A stretch of DNA of 64,000 nt from Neodothiora populina (taxonomy: Eukaryota): the NCBI RefSeq assembly GCF_041146345.1, contig NW_027191409.1, positions 744,001 through 808,000 on the forward strand, given 5' to 3'. Shown in pieces: positions 40,110-52,739 of this stretch. The position numbers were made by a program, and so were the translations under genes. The number at the start of each line of letters is the position of its first letter. Positions within the stretch are counted from its first letter, which is position 1. The notes beneath the pieces are model-generated. The model did no database searches. It was not told the DNA's origin and saw nothing but the letters and a program-made list of their open reading frames with translations.

Positions 40110-41227
40110 CATTATCTTGTTCTATTCATGTATGTCTTCGAGCTGCTAGCTGCAGTATCGACTTTTCATTCTGCGGTGTCGATTGGACTATCTACCTCTA
40201 ATCTGTCACTATCTGTCACTATCCCGACTAAGCACCGCACCAGCACTCGACACGACGATTCTCATGTATATCGCACAGTGCGCAAAGGAGGGTCAGGGTG
40301 AAACGCGACACTAAGACACGCGAGTAATGAACACCAGAACACGGGGAGTGACGAAAGAATACCTATATAACCATTTGATGTTCGGAGCACAGATCGATAC
40401 CTTACTTTCACTGTAAGGGTTTTGACATGATCTAGATGTTCTCTGTGCTGTTGCTGTTACTGCTATCGAGATAGTCAACACCATAGCAAAAGCTTCATCT
40501 CTCAACACCTAGGAAGAGTCTGACAAAAGGAGACACAGAAGGACCTAACACGAACAATAAATCGGGTGAATCACATGAGAGAAAGCCAAAAAAAAAAGAA
40601 CAAATAAGAGGTTAAGAGTGTATTCACAAAGTCATCAATGCTCAAACAAAACAAAAAGAAGCGATTGAATTTAAAGGAAATCCATCATAGGAATGCAGCG
40701 TGTTTGGCAGAAACTGTCTTGTCTTGGTAGGCTCTGATGGATCACTACCGCGAAGAAGAGGGGACTTTCATCAGTGCCCCCTCACCCTTCTCCTCGTCAC
40801 TATTGCTATTTGAACCATCCTGCATCAGTCCAGCCAGATGTTCTTTGAGCGTCTCCCCTTTATTTTTGATGGCCAGAATAAGATGATTTGAAAAAGAGAA
40901 AAAAAGGGTTTCGGACACTTATGCATTATCCAAACGCCGCCGATGAACAAGAACAAATCCACTCGAGTGAGATATCAGAGGGAAAGGAAGAAGAAAGAAA
41001 AAGAACCCGACAAGCAAAAAAGAAACATTGCCCCCTTCATCACCATCCCCCGTTGTCCCAATAGTCCGTGTGTGATAGAAAAGAAAAGCAACAAACGAAA
41101 TACGAAAATTAATGTCCTGGCGTCCAGGCTATTGGTGAACAAGTAGTAAAAAGTCAGACTTTAGATGTCTGGTATCGCTGTCCCTTCAGAACTCCGACGA
41201 CTTTTATCCAAGCCTGTGTCTTTTTGT

Positions 41228-43695
41228 TTACCTAGGCATCTGAACTGGTCGTCTGGTCTTGACAAGGAACGGAGAAGGCATCTCGTCCCTCTCCGGATCC
41301 CAAAGCGGTGCCCTGTCCAAGGCACCACCACTTCTGATGGGCACCTTGCTGAGGTCGTTACCGCTGCTTGTACGCTCTGGCGACGGGATGCCGCCTCTTG
41401 CTTGTGCAAGCTCGACAAGAGTGCGTCCTTTGCTCTTGATGCCCTGCTCGAGGTTGTTGCGGTGTACTGCACGAATCATGTCTTCTTTGCCTCCCTTCTT
41501 CGCGGCCAGCGCAGTGGGCGATGGCTGCGCAGGTGCTGACGGGGCTTTGCGGGTGGGACTCACGGCTGCGAGGCCCCTGTTCAGACGAGTGGTACGTGTT
41601 GGTGAAGAAGTCGCTATCGTTGCACTCCTGTCCGTGGGTGTGTTTCTCTGCGTTCCGTTGGCTGCAAAGTTTGGACCAGACTTCAGGCGTCCTTGCATCT
41701 GTGCTGGTACGGTACGCTGCCTCAGGAAGCCTGGTCGTCCACCGGCGCCTGTAGTGACTGTGGAGTTGGCGAGTGTCTTGAAAGGGTCCGCGTGCGGTTT
41801 CGCGCGGGTCGGTGACCCTGCATCAGATCCAAAATCATCGTCATCTTCGTCCTCCTCGTCGACGATTTCGTGAGCAGGGAAAAGAGGAATGTTTCTGTCG
41901 CGAAGATTGCGATCGAAGGAGTTGTCGTCTCTCGTGAAAGCAGGCTGTCTAAGTCTGCTGCTCTGAGCTTGCGCCGTCCTGCGTGGTGATAGTGACAGTG
42001 AGGCAATGCTCATCGGGCTAGGGTCAGCCATGTTTACGTCCATTGGACTTTGAGCGACTTCCTGTGAGCCTGCAAAGGTTCTCGCGCGGGTGAACGGCGT
42101 CCGGCCGGACTTCCTGACTGGCTTATTCCTCTGCATCAGAGGCGAGTCTTCGAGAGACAGAGAAGTCAGGTCTGCCGATGGTACTTCGTCTTCTAATTCG
42201 CCAATAGTGTGCAACGAGCTACCTCCCTCACTGAGCGCAGGGGGAGTCGAAGACCGAGGCACGTCGAGGTCTTGCCGGTCCGTAGATGCAGTTGAGCACG
42301 ATGCACATAGACTACTTTGTGATGATGCGTTCGATGCGAGCCTCCGGTTGACCTCCTCTTGCACTTGCTCTTCGAACAGGGCCCGATAATGTTCCCGCAT
42401 CTTCTCTCCCGCCATATCGACTTGGCGTGTAATTTCGAGGGCCGCCTTGGCCTCCCATTCGAGGCGCAATTGGTGGTCCAGTTTCTCATGCATGGCTTCG
42501 TTTTCCGCTTCTAATTTGGCGATTGTCTCTTGTGCAGCGCGCAAGGCTGTGATGGCGTTTTCCTTGGCGGTGATGTGTTGTTGTAGTACCATAGCCCCCT
42601 CCTGAGTCTTTCGGACGAGTTTGACTCGTGGTAGATTGAGCAGAGCGGCGGTGTCGGGCCTAGAGTTGGGATTGACCTGCAGACAGGCAGAGATGACATC
42701 GCTGAGTTCCTTCGAATACATGCGGGGCAGAGGTGCGACCTTGCCCAACTTGATCTTTTGGATGAGTTCAAGGTGAGTGCGTGCGTTGAAGGGCGGTTCT
42801 CTCGTGCAGAGTTCATAAATGATGCAGCCCAGGGACCAGATATCTGAGTAGAGTGAGTAACGCTCGGCAGCGCAGATCTCCGGAGACATGTAAAACGGAG
42901 TGCCGACGTAGGTCGATGCAAAGTCGTGTGATAGAATGATCTTGGACAGACCAAAGTCTCCAAGCTTGACCGAATTGTTATCTCCCAAGAAGACTGTAGA
43001 GGATGGTTAGTATCGTCGATGCATGCTGGACATGATTGAATTCGTGACTTACCATTTTCCGGCTTCAGATCCCGATGCAAGATCATGTGATGTGATTGTT
43101 TACTCTTCAATGGAAGGGCATTTCTGGTCAATCCGAGCGCGTTACTGTTGACCTCTGGTGGATCCTCTCCGTAGTGGCATCGGTAAAGGGCGCCGACGAT
43201 CTGAGAAAAGATCGTCCAAACAAATTCCTCGTCTGCATATTCGTTCCTCGCCTTCAGATCCTTGATCATGATACCAAGGTCTCCATTACCGCAATATTCC
43301 ATGTACAGATGCAAGTCATGTGATGCTTTAAGGTGTTCACGCTCGTAATAGGCGACGATGTTGGGGTGGCGGAGACGACGTAGAATCTCGAGTTCAGCCT
43401 GGAGTTGCTCTCGCTCCTTCTGAGACATTCTCGAGTAACATATTTCCTTTCGACAGAGGATCTGCATTCAACACATCAGCAAGGAGTCCCAGACGATACA
43501 TGTCGACGAGATCCACCACTCACCAGGCCGTCTGCCTTTCTGCGGACCTTACGGATGATACCAAACGATCCCTGGCCTATGTATATCATGTCGTGTCAGT
43601 AGACTATAACACACATCAACACCCTTGCATGGGATATGTCTATACGTACCAATCTTGCTCAGGACCTCGTACTTCTCTGCCTCAGTGTCTGCCAT
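41228..43695 (-). CDS. nimA: NIMA/NEK G2-specific Ser/Thr kinase
   Basis: Exons 43695-43650, 43576-43524, 43461-43053 and 42993-41228. Motifs KIGQGSFGIIRKV, ILCRKEI, HRDLKPEN and DFGLSK..FASTYVGTPFYMSPE, then a coiled coil and C-terminal GRTLVELAQAR and WDPERDEMPSPF. Confidence 0.95.
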
Positions 43696-44390
43696 TGCCA
43701 CTGCTCTATGCTGGTGGTGGATGCTCGCTAAATGAATGCGCTCTGAATGCTGTTGCTAAGATGTCAAAGGTAATGAGGTACAAAGTCAGGCGACACGGGT
43801 AAGCATTATGCAAGGCAAAGCGATGGTCAATTGGAGATGAGGAAAAAAAGGTACAAAGTTCAAAGACTGGAGTGTTAGGTAGTGGTCTGGGAGAGGATGG
43901 ATGATGGGGTGCATGCAAGGCACGAACCTACTGATTCCTGTCGTATATGCTGCTTGCAATACTCGCACCCTGATCTGTTTTCCATCGTCAACACACTGAC
44001 CCAGCAACGCAGGCCTTGGCGGCCCGAGGGGACCTGCGCCTGCTTTATTTTCGCAGACCGGAACTTTGACTTTGCTTCTTTTCCCACGTTTCTGCCGCCG
44101 CCGTCGCCCGTCCGCTGCCCGTCCCAGGGTCCATCATGACGGCATTTGCGAGCGCCACCACGCACCACGGTGGAACCAGTGGACAGAGAATCATTCGTCA
44201 GTTGGTCGTCAAGTGCTGTAGGATATCTGAGTTGTTCGTCAGTGCGCAGCCTCTCGTAATTATAGGCGCATGGCTTGTACCTTTTCGGAGAGTTATGTGA
44301 AACGTTCTACTGCTGTAGTCCGCCACACCAGAGAGAGAATATAAAAAACAAATATCCCATACTGAAACGAGGTACATTCTTACCGAGATC

Positions 44391-46474
44391 ATGGCTGGTG
44401 TGATCAAGAAACACGAGCTCGAAGCAGCCCTTCACGCCGAGCACCAAGACATCTCATCTGGCCGATTAAAGGATGAGAACCCTCTGGACTTTAGTGATGA
44501 TTTCCGAATCTTGTGCGAAGCTTGTAGGCGGGGCGATCTGAAGGTGTGTCAGGAACAAATTACGCTTGGAGTAAACATCAATGCAAGAGATCGTTTCGAT
44601 TACACTCCGCTGATCCTGGTGAGTCGTCATTGTTTTCCCTGTTGCTTCCTATCGCATTCAAAAATCATAAACAACATCCTATTGTCTCCACGCCACCCTT
44701 TTGATCACTTATTGCTAAGGCGTCATACCAAGGCTAGCTTGTGCGGTCACTTTGAAGTAGTCCAGCTGTTACTCGAGTCAGGCGCTCTCTGTGAAAGAGA
44801 CACCTTCCAAGGCGAAAGATGTTTATACAATGCCTTGAATGATCGTATCCGCAATCTGCTGCTGCGATACGACTACTCAAAGTCAACCGATCCTCTCCAA
44901 CCCTTGGCGGCGCACATCACATCGGTTCTGTACCGAGACGAACCGCAGACGTCCGACATTACCGTCACTACTTACGACTCCACCTTCAATCTACACAAGT
45001 TCTTGTTGTCTGCGAGGTCGCCCTACTTTGCCAGCAAGCTAGCGGCAGCTCCAGACACAACATCGTGGAAGTTACCACCCAAGATCCCCTCGCAGTCCTT
45101 TGCCACTGCCATCCGCTATCTGTATTTTGGCGAAGTGTCTGCAACTCCTGCAGACGGAGAGGAGGAACAGGCTATCCTGACTGGCATTGACAAAATTGGC
45201 AAGTATCTGGAGATTGACCGATTGCTCGAAAACATCCTAGAGGCGGGCGACAGGCGTCTTGCAAGACAGCGAAGAGCCGAAGAAGTCAGCCGGGGAAGAG
45301 ATCAGCTAGCAACTTGGTTCCGCAGCAATGTCCTGAAGCACAAGGTCGAAGTGGATTCGGCCAAGGCTGATGATGTGAAATGGGATCGAAACAATGCTAT
45401 CTTCGCCGACGTCTTACTTCGCACAGACATTCCTAGTGATGAACACGAGGAAGAGGATGGTGGCAAATCCAATACCCAACAAGCAGAAAGTGCGCAGAAC
45501 GGTATACCCATTGGTAACTTTGCTGCGGCCTCGAGTGCAGACAATAACACCTCATCATCGAAAACCAAGAAGTCGGTGCTATTCCCCGCCCATCGCGCCA
45601 TGCTGTTGCGCTCCGAATTCTTCAGCACCATGTTCTCCTCCCCATTCAGAGAAGCTCAATCGACCCAACACCTTCAAATCATCCCCATAGACTGCAGCCC
45701 GCAAGTTCTGGAAATAGTTTTGACTTATCTTTACACCGAGAAGGCGGACTTTTCCCTGGATATCGCCGTCGAAGTTCTCTTCGCTGCAGACTTGCTTTTC
45801 ATTGAGAAGCTGAAACAGCGTGCCGCAGTCATCATATCTACTCTGGGCAACGGCACCGCTTCTATTGTGGAAGCTGAAAATCCTCGTGGCGAGACAGATC
45901 TCGAGGAGCTCATCGACATCTACGACGTTGTAAGAGCTGGATGGGACACACGTGTGCACAGACTCGAGGAGTTTGGCGCTCGCTACATGGCTTTCAGGCT
46001 CGAGCGATACATTGATGAGCCTGAGTTTGCGCAGCTTGTCAGGGAGAGTGCGGCACGTATTAAGAGCCGACAAGAGACGGATACTGTCGAACTTATCGAT
46101 GAGTATGCTACCCTGATCTGCTGTCTGACATGACATCCACTTATAAACCCTCTACTAACAATTACCTTAGTATACGCTACTATCTTTCGGATCGTTTCCG
46201 ACTCCGTATGGAAGAGTCCGGCTTGGAGCAAATGACCGAAGAGCAAGAGGCGGAAGACAACGAGTGTGCAGAGAACCTGCCGAGTAAACATGTCTTTGAT
46301 AAAGATGCTATCCATGACAAGTCCAATGATATGGAGACGTATGTCGATGGGGGTGTAATTCGTACCCTTGACGGCGAGCTTGCAGGAGACGAGTTCGCTC
46401 AGGACGCCATGAATTACCAGATCTTGCTGGGCAAGATCGATAACCTCTTGGAGAATCTGAAGCTAGATGCTTAG
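44391..46474 (+). CDS. Ankyrin repeat plus double BTB/POZ protein (Btb3/ABTB1-like Cul3 adaptor)
   Basis: Exons 44391-44618, 44733-46102 and 46171-46474. Ankyrin LCEACRRGD..DYTPLIL|ASLCGHFEVVQLLLESGA; BTB motifs HKFLLSARSPYF and AHRAMLLRSEFF. Confidence 0.9.
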
Positions 46475-47346
46475 ATATACATGTGTGTGTGTACATATAT
46501 CCGCATAGAGACGATTCATTGCAATACCACACTCCTGGCGAGCAAAGTCCCTCACCCTTGCAGACAATTTGAAGCACAACACCCCTCATCTGTACCAAAA
46601 GGTAGAATCACACATGGTAGCTGTCACAATATATGATTCGTACTCCATAGAGCATCTCACAGCTCACATAAACGGCTACGTGCATCCTGCATTACCATGC
46701 CTTATGCAGGTCCGCATAATCATGGGCCATGCATGTCAGCAAGGGCTGGGCTTTGCTGCATCAATACGAGTCCCCACTTTGCTCTTATAGTGTCACATGA
46801 GCGTTGGATTCACGTACCCTATGCAGTATAAAGAAAATCATTTGGCGCAGGCTCGATAAAACTCGACCGACAATGCATTGTTGATAAATTGTATGCTATG
46901 GCGCTATTTCGTTACTTGCGCCTTTGAACTGCGGGATGTGCAACCCTTTCTGTCTACCTGCCTATTTCTGATCCGTTTCGAGTGTTTTGAACATCGATCA
47001 TGCGTCCCTAGCAACGCGTTGCTTGCTGTATATTGTATTGATGGCCCAGGCTTTCTCTGTCGTCTACTAATGTTTGTAGGGAGAGAACCTCAAGGCTACC
47101 TTACTGATCTGAGGTCTGACTCTATGATAGTAGTGCAGCTGTGTGGATCGCTATGGCTGATCATGCGTATAGATTTCATCCGCCATATGATGGGTTGCCT
47201 AACCTGGTCGCTCTTTCTAAGGTAGGCATGGGTTAAATTTACCACATGACTACTTTGCGCCTGACCTAGGCTACTATTGCTGAGGATATTTCATCCACCT
47301 CACGACCTTCTCTTGGTGACGTTGCTACAGACTACTTCTAATCTGG

Positions 47347-49133
47347 ATGCTCACGCCCGACCAACAAGTAATGACGGACTCGATTAGACCTGCTCGCAGA
47401 AGGCGATCCCGCCACAGAAAATCTGCCGCGCCTAGACATGTTCCTCTCGAAATCAGAGTGAGTAATCGACAGGCGAAGGGCTCGTACATGTATATTCGAG
47501 TCACGAGCGAGGCAGATGGGGAACGATTCTTGCGAATGGTCGATGATTCGATCAGAACGAATCCAAGGGATCCGGTTGTCATGTTAGTTTGTTTCCTTTT
47601 GCTTGTATCCTTGAGCATATTTATTGAGACTTTCGAGTTAACTACTACTAAATGCATATCTGACTTCTGTTTAGAAACATCAATGGCTATCAACCGTGGT
47701 TGCAGGGTGTGCTCAGAGCTGCCATCAATGATCGTTGGTCAGAACTACCGGACCTCAACAGAGAATTACAATTCGCGGATACAGTAAAGTTCCCCGAGAA
47801 AGCCAACAAGCGCTCCAAAGGAGACTTGCCGTGGTCCTTTGTGGTAGATGAGATGAACATTCCAAAAGTCTACTATTGGAGCTTCGGCGAGACGCCACCC
47901 GGCTATCAATACACTTCCAATGTGGACAACTATAGATTCCGTGTCGCTGTATGGACGTGTGCACGTGAAGCATACCGTCTGGCTGATAGAGTCCCGGTCA
48001 CAATCATTTTCACGCAACCTACGGAACCTGGTGAATTTGTCTCGCGCAACCTCCTTTTCCCTCATCTGCTCGCCGAGGATGACTTTGCTTGGCCACGTAC
48101 AGATGAGGAAGGGGTCTCCTGGATCTTCCTCCAACTGTATCTCGTCTCGTTATCGATCTGCAACACCTCTGGCTGACTCGACATAGATATTGGCTTTTGA
48201 CGGACTGGCAGAACATCGTGCGAGAGATAGAACGGGGAATTGAAGAAGCTGCAGGTCTCCAAACAACATGCTCGTGGCCGATCGAATACTAACTTGAGTT
48301 TCAGGAGATTAACAGTCGAGGTCGAAAAACCCCCGTGAAGCTTCGTACAAGAGAGATGCACAAGCAAGTGGATCGAATATTCGAATTGAAAGAGTATCTT
48401 CGCTTTCACGAGCGGTGCTTCAAAAAGCTTTTGAGGCTCAGGGCATCTAACCCGAGATCAATCGACGGCGAAGAGGATCCGATCTGGGATGAGATGGCCG
48501 ATACTATTGAAGATCTTGATCAATGGGACTACTATATGGACTCCTTGAAAGAAAGGTTCAACAACCTTATTGAGCTTGTGCGCAATTCCAACCCATGAGT
48601 ATCTCCGGCACACTGACAAGTCGCCCAGGAGTTCAACATAGAAAATGCCAATCAATCAGATTACTCTCGATTCCTCTCGATTATCGCTGCTCTATATCTT
48701 CCAATCTCGTTCCTAGCGGTCAGTAGCAGCGCTCGCTATATGTAAACTCACAGCTGATATGTCGTAGTCCATCTTCGGGATCACGACCCTCACAGTCCCC
48801 GCCATTGTTTACTTATGGATTGCGATCCCGCTACTTGTGGTCAGCCTGATAGGGATTCTCTTGGTCCCGTGGGTCATGAACCGATTCCATCGAATCTACT
48901 ACCCGCTAGAAGAGATAAACCTACAGCTCCCACGTCAAAGCTTCACCATGCTTGGCGAAGAGTTGCCAGATAGTGCAGATAACCCATCTGACGTACTGGC
49001 AGAGACTCGGGGGCGAGATCTGAGCCGGATACGCGATGCCGCGAGCGACATGTCTCCTCCACGCTCAAGCTCGAGGCCAAGAGTCAAGCCGCCGACCAAA
49101 CGAGGCCAGAGTAGAGATGACGAGAAGGTGTGA
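47347..49133 (+). CDS. CorA-like protein with two C-terminal TMs and a degenerate GMN motif
   Basis: Six exons splice in frame: 47347-47582, 47675-48136, 48187-48250, 48305-48577, 48629-48718 and 48768-49133. A helical region precedes RFLSIIAALYLPISFLASIFGIT and a second TM. The start codon is uncertain. Confidence 0.7.
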
Positions 49134-50715
49134 AGCCGGCAGATCACAGGTGCACAACAGCGGCCATAGAAGCCAAGAAATTATGCCCTGATAAGCATCG
49201 CATCCTCGCCACGATGTGCGTGATCGTCCGAAGGCTAGCCAAAGAATTTGATGCATATCTTCGTACCTCAGTGGTGAGCATCTACTGTGAACGCACAGTG
49301 CATATGAGATTAAATGCGGGGTCAATATTTACTGTTGCTTCGCCTCGCAAATTTGTATTTGTACAAGTACTAGCTGCTCGTACTACGGTACAGTACTCAA
49401 GGTATACGGAGTTACCAACCTTACCTTGATACCTACCTCAACGGGGGAGCATGACCTTTTCAAGACACACCAACCCTCAGTATTGGCGAGAAGCCTCTGG
49501 CGCTCGGCGAGAGCTCCATGGTATAGCTGTCTTGGAGCTAAATTAGCTTGACTTCTGATTGCGCCAGGTCATATGCGATGGGCAGTTCCTGATAGGCTTT
49601 ATCTGTGTACCATAAGGTAACTGAGGGAGCCAGAGACTGACGCTCCTACACGAGTAGCGTCTATGTTGGTTGTACCTAGCATGTCTCTTGGAGAGTACAT
49701 ATTAAGCTCCGATAGCTCACAGCAATACTGCAACCTGGACGAGTACTTTGCACGTCGTCTGCAGGGTTGGAGGGAAGACACGCGAGGTGGAGGGGTATGC
49801 TATGATGATGCAATACGAACAATTCATCTGCACATGCACATAACTCCATGTTTCATGAAGATGGTGATAATATAACTCGGAGGGTGACGTTCTAATCTTG
49901 ACGGGAGGGCCGGAATGAGTTGCTGACATACGGGAAGCGAAGTGGTACAGTCACTCAGCTCATACAACCCCACCCGACATCCGACCACATCATTCGATGT
50001 CGGATGACGCTCGGACCGAACGACAGTGGAAGGATGTTTCAGAGAGCTTTATCTGTTCTGCAGAGCCGGGAATCAGTATGCAAAGCAGACGATTAAGCTC
50101 AAACGCGAGGCGTTCGTACGACGTGTACCAGAAGCACTACTGCATGGAGGGTAGGGATAGACCACTGGGGGAGTGTTCGATTGGCTGGCCATCATGCACA
50201 CCGGGTATACCCCGCAGACGCTATGACCACAGCGGCGCGGATCTGCTGCTGAAATGGTGTGGGGACAATTCTTAGCTCCATGGCTCAGGGTCCTTCAAGA
50301 TGAGGTACATTAAACGACACTCCACCTTCTCTTTCCCTTCTTTCTCAGTTAATTCCAATCCTGCCTTCCTTCCACTTGTGGCTTTTCTTTGATACTCGAC
50401 TACTCAACCCTGCTCATCCTTTGTCAAGGAGTAAAGCTTCCACCGATTGGCACAGGAAGCCGCTTTGTTCGAAGCTGACGGGGCGATAACAGGCTGACAT
50501 CATCATATAGTGCAAGCACAGAAGAAGCCTCAGCAGCCGGTGCAGTCCTGCCCAATCAGGCTACGACTTCCGACTTGTTGACTGACCACGTGCTTGTGCT
50601 TGTATTTGTCGTTCCTGCTCGTTTATTTTATTCGTTCCTGCCTTGCCTTTCTGTCTAGATATCATTCATCTTGTCAATTGTCAATTGCACAAGACACATT
50701 TGAACATTCAACACC

Positions 50716-51642
50716 ATGAGCGACCAGACCAATCACTCGCCACCCAACGGCCCGGCTACTCGTCGTCGCTCTTCGTTTGCCGGCCAGGCATTTGCCGGCC
50801 TCTTCGGAGGCCGCAATCGTTCGACTTCACAATCAGACGCCAACTACAGCCCACCTGGACAATACACCGGACCCATCACTGCTGCTGCTGCCCAGGCAAA
50901 TCAACGGCGTCTTTCGGTCTCGACTCTCGGCGTCGGCACTTCACCACCCGGCTCCGGAGCCTACTTTGTCGGCAGAGCCAGAAGAGATAGCGTCTCCAGC
51001 TCCGCTGCGGATGAGTCGGCTGTCGAGGAAGAACTGTCGTCTGCCACCGTCAGTCAGCCAGCCACTCCATTCGCCCGTCGTGCCAGCTTCGGAGCCCGTG
51101 CCTTGAGGGACATGAACAAGAATGGTGGCGGGAACGGTGGAAACAACGGAAGCAATGGTAGAGTCTCCACCTCAACCATCCCTGAAGAAGATAGCACCTT
51201 GTACTGTTTTTCAGATGGCGGCGGCGGTGGCGGCGAAGGCGGGAAGAAAGGTCGATCCTCTCCCATCGACGTAGCTGGCAGTGGTAGATACACCAGCCCA
51301 ACTACCGCCAAGGGTCGAGGTTTGTCTTCTTCCTCGACCAGAACTGCGGGCGGACTTGGCTTCGTTTCGTCGTTTGTCCTTCACAGTCCCCGCGACGATG
51401 TGCTGACGTTTCGCGATCGTACAGAATCTGGTTTCAACTGGGCTGACAACATGCGTACTCGTGCCGAGCGTACCTCTTTCGGTGGTGCTACTCAGATGGG
51501 CACTTCCCCAGTCATGGGCAGCCACCACCGGGCCAAGAGCGTCGCTGTCATGGACCAGCCTGTGCGTGAGTCACCCAGAGCTGCCCCTCCACTTGACTAC
51601 ACACAAGAGAGGATCCTCAAGGGTGATTTCTACATGGATTGA
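50716..51642 (+). CDS. Disordered RRxS-rich hypothetical protein ending QERILKGDFYMD
   Basis: Open ORF with good start context (ACACCATG) and an in-frame intron ending at 51424 (CTGAC...CAG; donor at 51158 or 51320). Confidence 0.8.
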   Translation: MSDQTNHSPPNGPATRRRSSFAGQAFAGLFGGRNRSTSQSDANYSPPGQYTGPITAAAAQANQRRLSVSTLGVGTSPPGSGAYFVGRARRDSVSSSAADESAVEEELSSATVSQPATPFARRASFGARALRDMNKNGGGNGGNNGSNGRVSTSTIPEEDSTLYCFSDGGGGGGEGGKKGRSSPIDVAGSGRYTSPTTAKGRGLSSSSTRTAGGLGFVSSFVLHSPRDDVLTFRDRTESGFNWADNMRTRAERTSFGGATQMGTSPVMGSHHRAKSVAVMDQPVRESPRAAPPLDYTQERILKGDFYMD

Positions 51643-52543
51643 TTGAAGCTCTGATTCGACATAACGAAACGTACGACCGGCCACCACTAATGCTTGACAC
51701 ATCTACTACTGGATCTTTGGTACGATTGCTGGACGACAGTGCGCTCGTCGTCTTCGACAAGGTAGCGTACACACCAATCGCTGCGGAACGTGACTGGAAC
51801 TGCACTTGTATGCGTCAGAGAGAAGCCACGATGCCAATCTGGCCCTTCCGCGATGTTCCGGCGTTGTTGTTTCTCTAGCTTGCTGAAAGCAGGACACCGA
51901 GAAAGACAGTGTTCTTGAACTGCTACAACCGAGCGTTGCTTTCGTTGTTCGTCTGGGCTCGATTGCTTTTATGTATCGAAGAGCTTCATGCAAGTCTATT
52001 GTGCGCGACAGCACGAAGGACAAGGGCGTTTCTTGTGTAGCATTGACACTTATGACTTGACATGATTTGAAGAGGAAATTGGCCGTCCACGAGCCTGAAC
52101 TGGGTCTGGTGGATCGAGGAGGACATCGAGACAAGCACTGAAATACTGCAGACTACTCGATCTTGAAGACAGAACTTCAGACGAGGGAGCTACAGCATCT
52201 TTGCTAATAGGCTTCGAATACGATGTATCGAACAATGCAAATATCACAAAAGAGGGTGGGGGTGGGTAGAAAGGACCTGGTGCAGGTAGCGAATGGGTGG
52301 CGATAACAAGCGATGGAAGAAAGTCTTACGATATACGAACTCCAGCATACAGTTTACACGAAATGACCCTTTTGACCACGAGATTCACTTGCAATCCCCA
52401 CTCCACTATCAAGCATGATTGATTTTCTGCTCATGTGTCGTGTCATTCACAACCGTCTCCTGAATGCATGTATAACCGCTCATGTCCATCTCGAGTGCAT
52501 TTCACCCAGTGACCAAGTCTACCCACCCAACCCCCCTTGTTGT

Positions 52544-52704
52544 TCACAAGTACCCATGACTCGTACCCGACAAGAGCATATCCGCCACCTCCCCTGAATC
52601 CCTCGCCCAGAACACATTATCCCTCTTTCGTTTTGTTTTCGCCCCCATGTCCTCTCCATCCAAAATCAACAGCGACGCAGACGTCGTCGACTTCTCTACC
52701 GCTT

Positions 52705-52739
<35 letters not shown>

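Noticed and set aside
40720..40780. Hammerhead-like CTGATGA...GAAA in the nimA 3' region
   Set aside because: There is no stem II between the core motifs; it is only a short hairpin.
49415..49460. U1 snRNA-like 5' end (ATACCTACCT)
   Set aside because: It mismatches ATACTTACCT and has no recognisable U1 body; it belongs to the TACCT motif arrays.
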